From Oscillospiraceae bacterium (GTDB lineage Bacteria > Bacillota > Clostridia > Oscillospirales > SIG627): a stretch of 64,000 nucleotides of DNA. Below, one piece after another: positions 61,817 through 64,000 of the stretch (position 1 is its first letter; each line of letters begins with the position of its first letter). Made by a program: the position numbers and the translations under genes. The notes under the pieces are model-generated. The model was not told where the DNA came from. It did not search any database and worked only from the letters and a program-made list of their open reading frames with translations. Location of the stretch: NCBI GenBank assembly GCA_015063605.1, contig SVTV01000008.1, positions 5,038 to 69,037 on the forward strand. Reading direction: 5' to 3'.

Positions 61817-64000
61817 ATGTATCAGGTCATTAAGAGAGACGGAAAGATAGCTGAATTCGATATAGCGAAAATATCTGCCGTTATTACAAAAGCCTTTGAG
61901 GCGGAAAACAAAAATTATCATCCTTCGGTAATAGAGCTTCTCGCTCTTAAGGTTACTGCGGATTTCGAATCCAAGATAAAGGACGGATTCGTACACGTAG
62001 AGGATATTCAGGACAGCGTTGAGAACGTTCTCGTTCAGGCGGGATATTCCGATGTTGCAAAGGCATTTATCCTTTACAGAAAACAGAGAGAAAAAATAAG
62101 AAATATCAAGTCCACATTCCTTGATTACAAGGATCTTGTGGATAAATACGTATATGCTACCGACTGGAGAGTCAAAGAGAATTCCACGGTTACATATTCC
62201 GTAGGCGGACTTATCCTTTCGAATTCGGGTGCCATAACGGCTAACTATTGGCTTTCTGAGATATATGACAGAGAAATAGCAAAGGCGCATCAGGATGCTG
62301 ATATACACATCCATGATCTTTCAATGCTTACGGGATACTGTGCGGGATGGTCTCTCAAGCAGCTCATACAGGAGGGCTTGGGCGGAGTTCCCGGAAAGAT
62401 AACCTCATCTCCCGCAAGCCATCTTGCAACGCTCTGCAACCAGATGGTCAACTTCCTCGGTATCATGCAGAATGAGTGGGCGGGAGCTCAGGCATTCTCG
62501 TCCTTCGATACTTACCTCGCTCCCTTTGTAAAAGCGGATAACCTTTCTTACAGGGAAGTCAAAAAGTGTATAGAATCCTTTATATTCGGCGTAAATACTC
62601 CCAGCCGTTGGGGAACTCAGGCACCCTTCTCCAATATAACACTTGATTGGACAGTACCTGCAGACCTCGGTGAACAGAAAGCCATTGTCGGCGGCAAAGA
62701 GATGCCCTTCAAGTACAAGGATTGCAAGGCTGAGATGGATATGATAAACAAAGCCTTCATAGAGATAATGATTGAAGGTGATGCCAACGGAAGAGGCTTC
62801 CAGTATCCTATCCCCACATATTCCATAACAAAGGATTTCGATTGGTCAGAGACAGAGAACAACAAGCTTCTTTTCGAGATGACATCAAAATACGGAACTC
62901 CTTACTTCTCAAATTATATAAACAGCGATATGCAGCCCAATGACGTAAGAAGTATGTGCTGCCGACTCAGACTTGACCTTCGCGAGCTCAGAAAGAAATC
63001 CGGCGGCTTCTTCGGAAGCGGCGAAAGCACCGGTTCTGTTGGCGTTGTTACCATAAATATGCCCAAGATAGCGTATCTCTCCGAAAACAAGGAGGATTTC
63101 TACAGACGTCTTGATAAGCTTATGGATATTGCCGCACGCTCGCTCAAGATCAAGAGAACGATCATAACAAAGCTTCTTAACGAGGGTCTTTATCCTTATA
63201 CAAAGAGATATCTCGGAAATCTCGACAACCACTTCTCGACTATCGGTCTTGTGGGTATGAACGAGGTAGGTCTCAATGCAAAGTGGCTCAAAGCCGATAT
63301 GACTCACAAGAAGACACAGGAATTTTCGAAGGATGTCCTCAACCATATGAGAGAACGTCTCTCCGACTATCAGGAAGAGTATGGCGACCTTTACAATCTT
63401 GAGGCAACCCCCGCTGAATCCACCGCATATCGTCTTGCAAAGCATGATACGGCAAAGTATCCCGATATAATAACTGCGGCGAAGAACGGAGAAACACCTT
63501 ATTATACAAACAGCTCTCATCTTCCCGTCGGCTTTACTGCTGATATATTTGAGGCTCTCGATATCCAGGATGATCTTCAGACCCTTTACACATCCGGTAC
63601 TGTATTCCACGCATTCCTCGGTGAAAAGCTTCCCGATTGGAAATCCGCTGCTGATCTCGTAAGAAAGATAGCTGAGAATTACAAGCTTCCTTACTATACA
63701 CTTTCTCCTACATATTCCGTTTGCAGAACGCACGGATATATCGCAGGCGAGGTTGAAAAGTGCCCCGTTTGCGGCGAGGAAACGGAAGTGTACAGCCGTA
63801 TTACAGGCTACTACAGACCCGTAAAGAATTGGAATGACGGTAAGTCTCAGGAATTCAAGGACAGAAAGGTCTATGATGTGGGAGAATTCAGAGCAAGTGA
63901 AGGCTGCTGCTGTTCCGATGCCACTGAAGCATATGTTCCCGACAGCATAAACGGTGTAGCCAATACTGCGTCCAAGGTTGATTCTTCCGAGAAAAGATAC
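61817..64000 (+). CDS. nrdD: anaerobic ribonucleoside-triphosphate reductase (3' end beyond the window)
   Basis: It is absent from the ORF track because no stop occurs in the window. I translated it myself from ATG 61817 (RBS AGGAGAG). It has an ATP-cone N-terminus (MYQVIKRDGKIAEFDIAKI) and a CCRLRLDL..GS segment. The C-terminal CPVCG...RITGYYRP glycyl-radical region is present. The frame is open for 728 codons. Confidence 0.95.
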   Translation, partial: MYQVIKRDGKIAEFDIAKISAVITKAFEAENKNYHPSVIELLALKVTADFESKIKDGFVHVEDIQDSVENVLVQAGYSDVAKAFILYRKQREKIRNIKSTFLDYKDLVDKYVYATDWRVKENSTVTYSVGGLILSNSGAITANYWLSEIYDREIAKAHQDADIHIHDLSMLTGYCAGWSLKQLIQEGLGGVPGKITSSPASHLATLCNQMVNFLGIMQNEWAGAQAFSSFDTYLAPFVKADNLSYREVKKCIESFIFGVNTPSRWGTQAPFSNITLDWTVPADLGEQKAIVGGKEMPFKYKDCKAEMDMINKAFIEIMIEGDANGRGFQYPIPTYSITKDFDWSETENNKLLFEMTSKYGTPYFSNYINSDMQPNDVRSMCCRLRLDLRELRKKSGGFFGSGESTGSVGVVTINMPKIAYLSENKEDFYRRLDKLMDIAARSLKIKRTIITKLLNEGLYPYTKRYLGNLDNHFSTIGLVGMNEVGLNAKWLKADMTHKKTQEFSKDVLNHMRERLSDYQEEYGDLYNLEATPAESTAYRLAKHDTAKYPDIITAAKNGETPYYTNSSHLPVGFTADIFEALDIQDDLQTLYTSGTVFHAFLGEKLPDWKSAADLVRKIAENYKLPYYTLSPTYSVCRTHGYIAGEVEKCPVCGEETEVYSRITGYYRPVKNWNDGKSQEFKDRKVYDVGEFRASEGCCCSDATEAYVPDSINGVANTASKVDSSEKRY

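Noticed and set aside
61811-63733. Minus-strand ORFs of 167, 82 and 274 aa.
   Set aside because: They are antisense shadows of nrdD. The ORF track missed nrdD only because it has no in-window stop.

Overview
This 64-kb chromosomal window looks like an anaerobic, spore-forming Firmicute (Clostridia-like). Supporting genes are ylbJ/yqfC/yqfD sporulation genes, anaerobic ribonucleotide reductase nrdG/nrdD, a type III glutamine synthetase and a class-A-like RNase P RNA. Most of the window is housekeeping: mfd, tsf, rpsB, murD, rnpB, prfA, tsaC, coaE, three tandem M42 peptidases, sugar-catabolic clusters and cell-envelope genes. Two accessory loci stand out. (1) At 3.7-11.0 kb there is an RtcB-centred RNA-repair island. 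It holds two overlapping WYL-like regulators and a 51-bp promoter/operator present twice. It also holds six tandem Y-RNA-like modules with covarying closing stems, the last carrying a tRNA-like domain. Its remaining parts are a Ro-like TROVE/vWA (DUF2828-type) protein, a second structured leader with a tRNA-like element, an SPFH protein and RtcB. (2) At 52.7-57.4 kb there is an AT-rich three-gene operon between housekeeping genes. It encodes an SPFH protein with three C-terminal zinc ribbons, a 4-TM protein, and an 832-aa zinc-ribbon/TIR/TPR/7-bladed RCC1-like protein. I read it as a candidate uncharacterised conflict or defence system. A third oddity is four tandem ~95-bp structured repeats at 40.68-41.06 kb whose internal hairpin varies in a compensatory way. 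I recognised no CRISPR array, IS element, prophage, rRNA or bona fide tRNA. All domain calls come from motif recognition by eye and need HMM or covariance-model confirmation.
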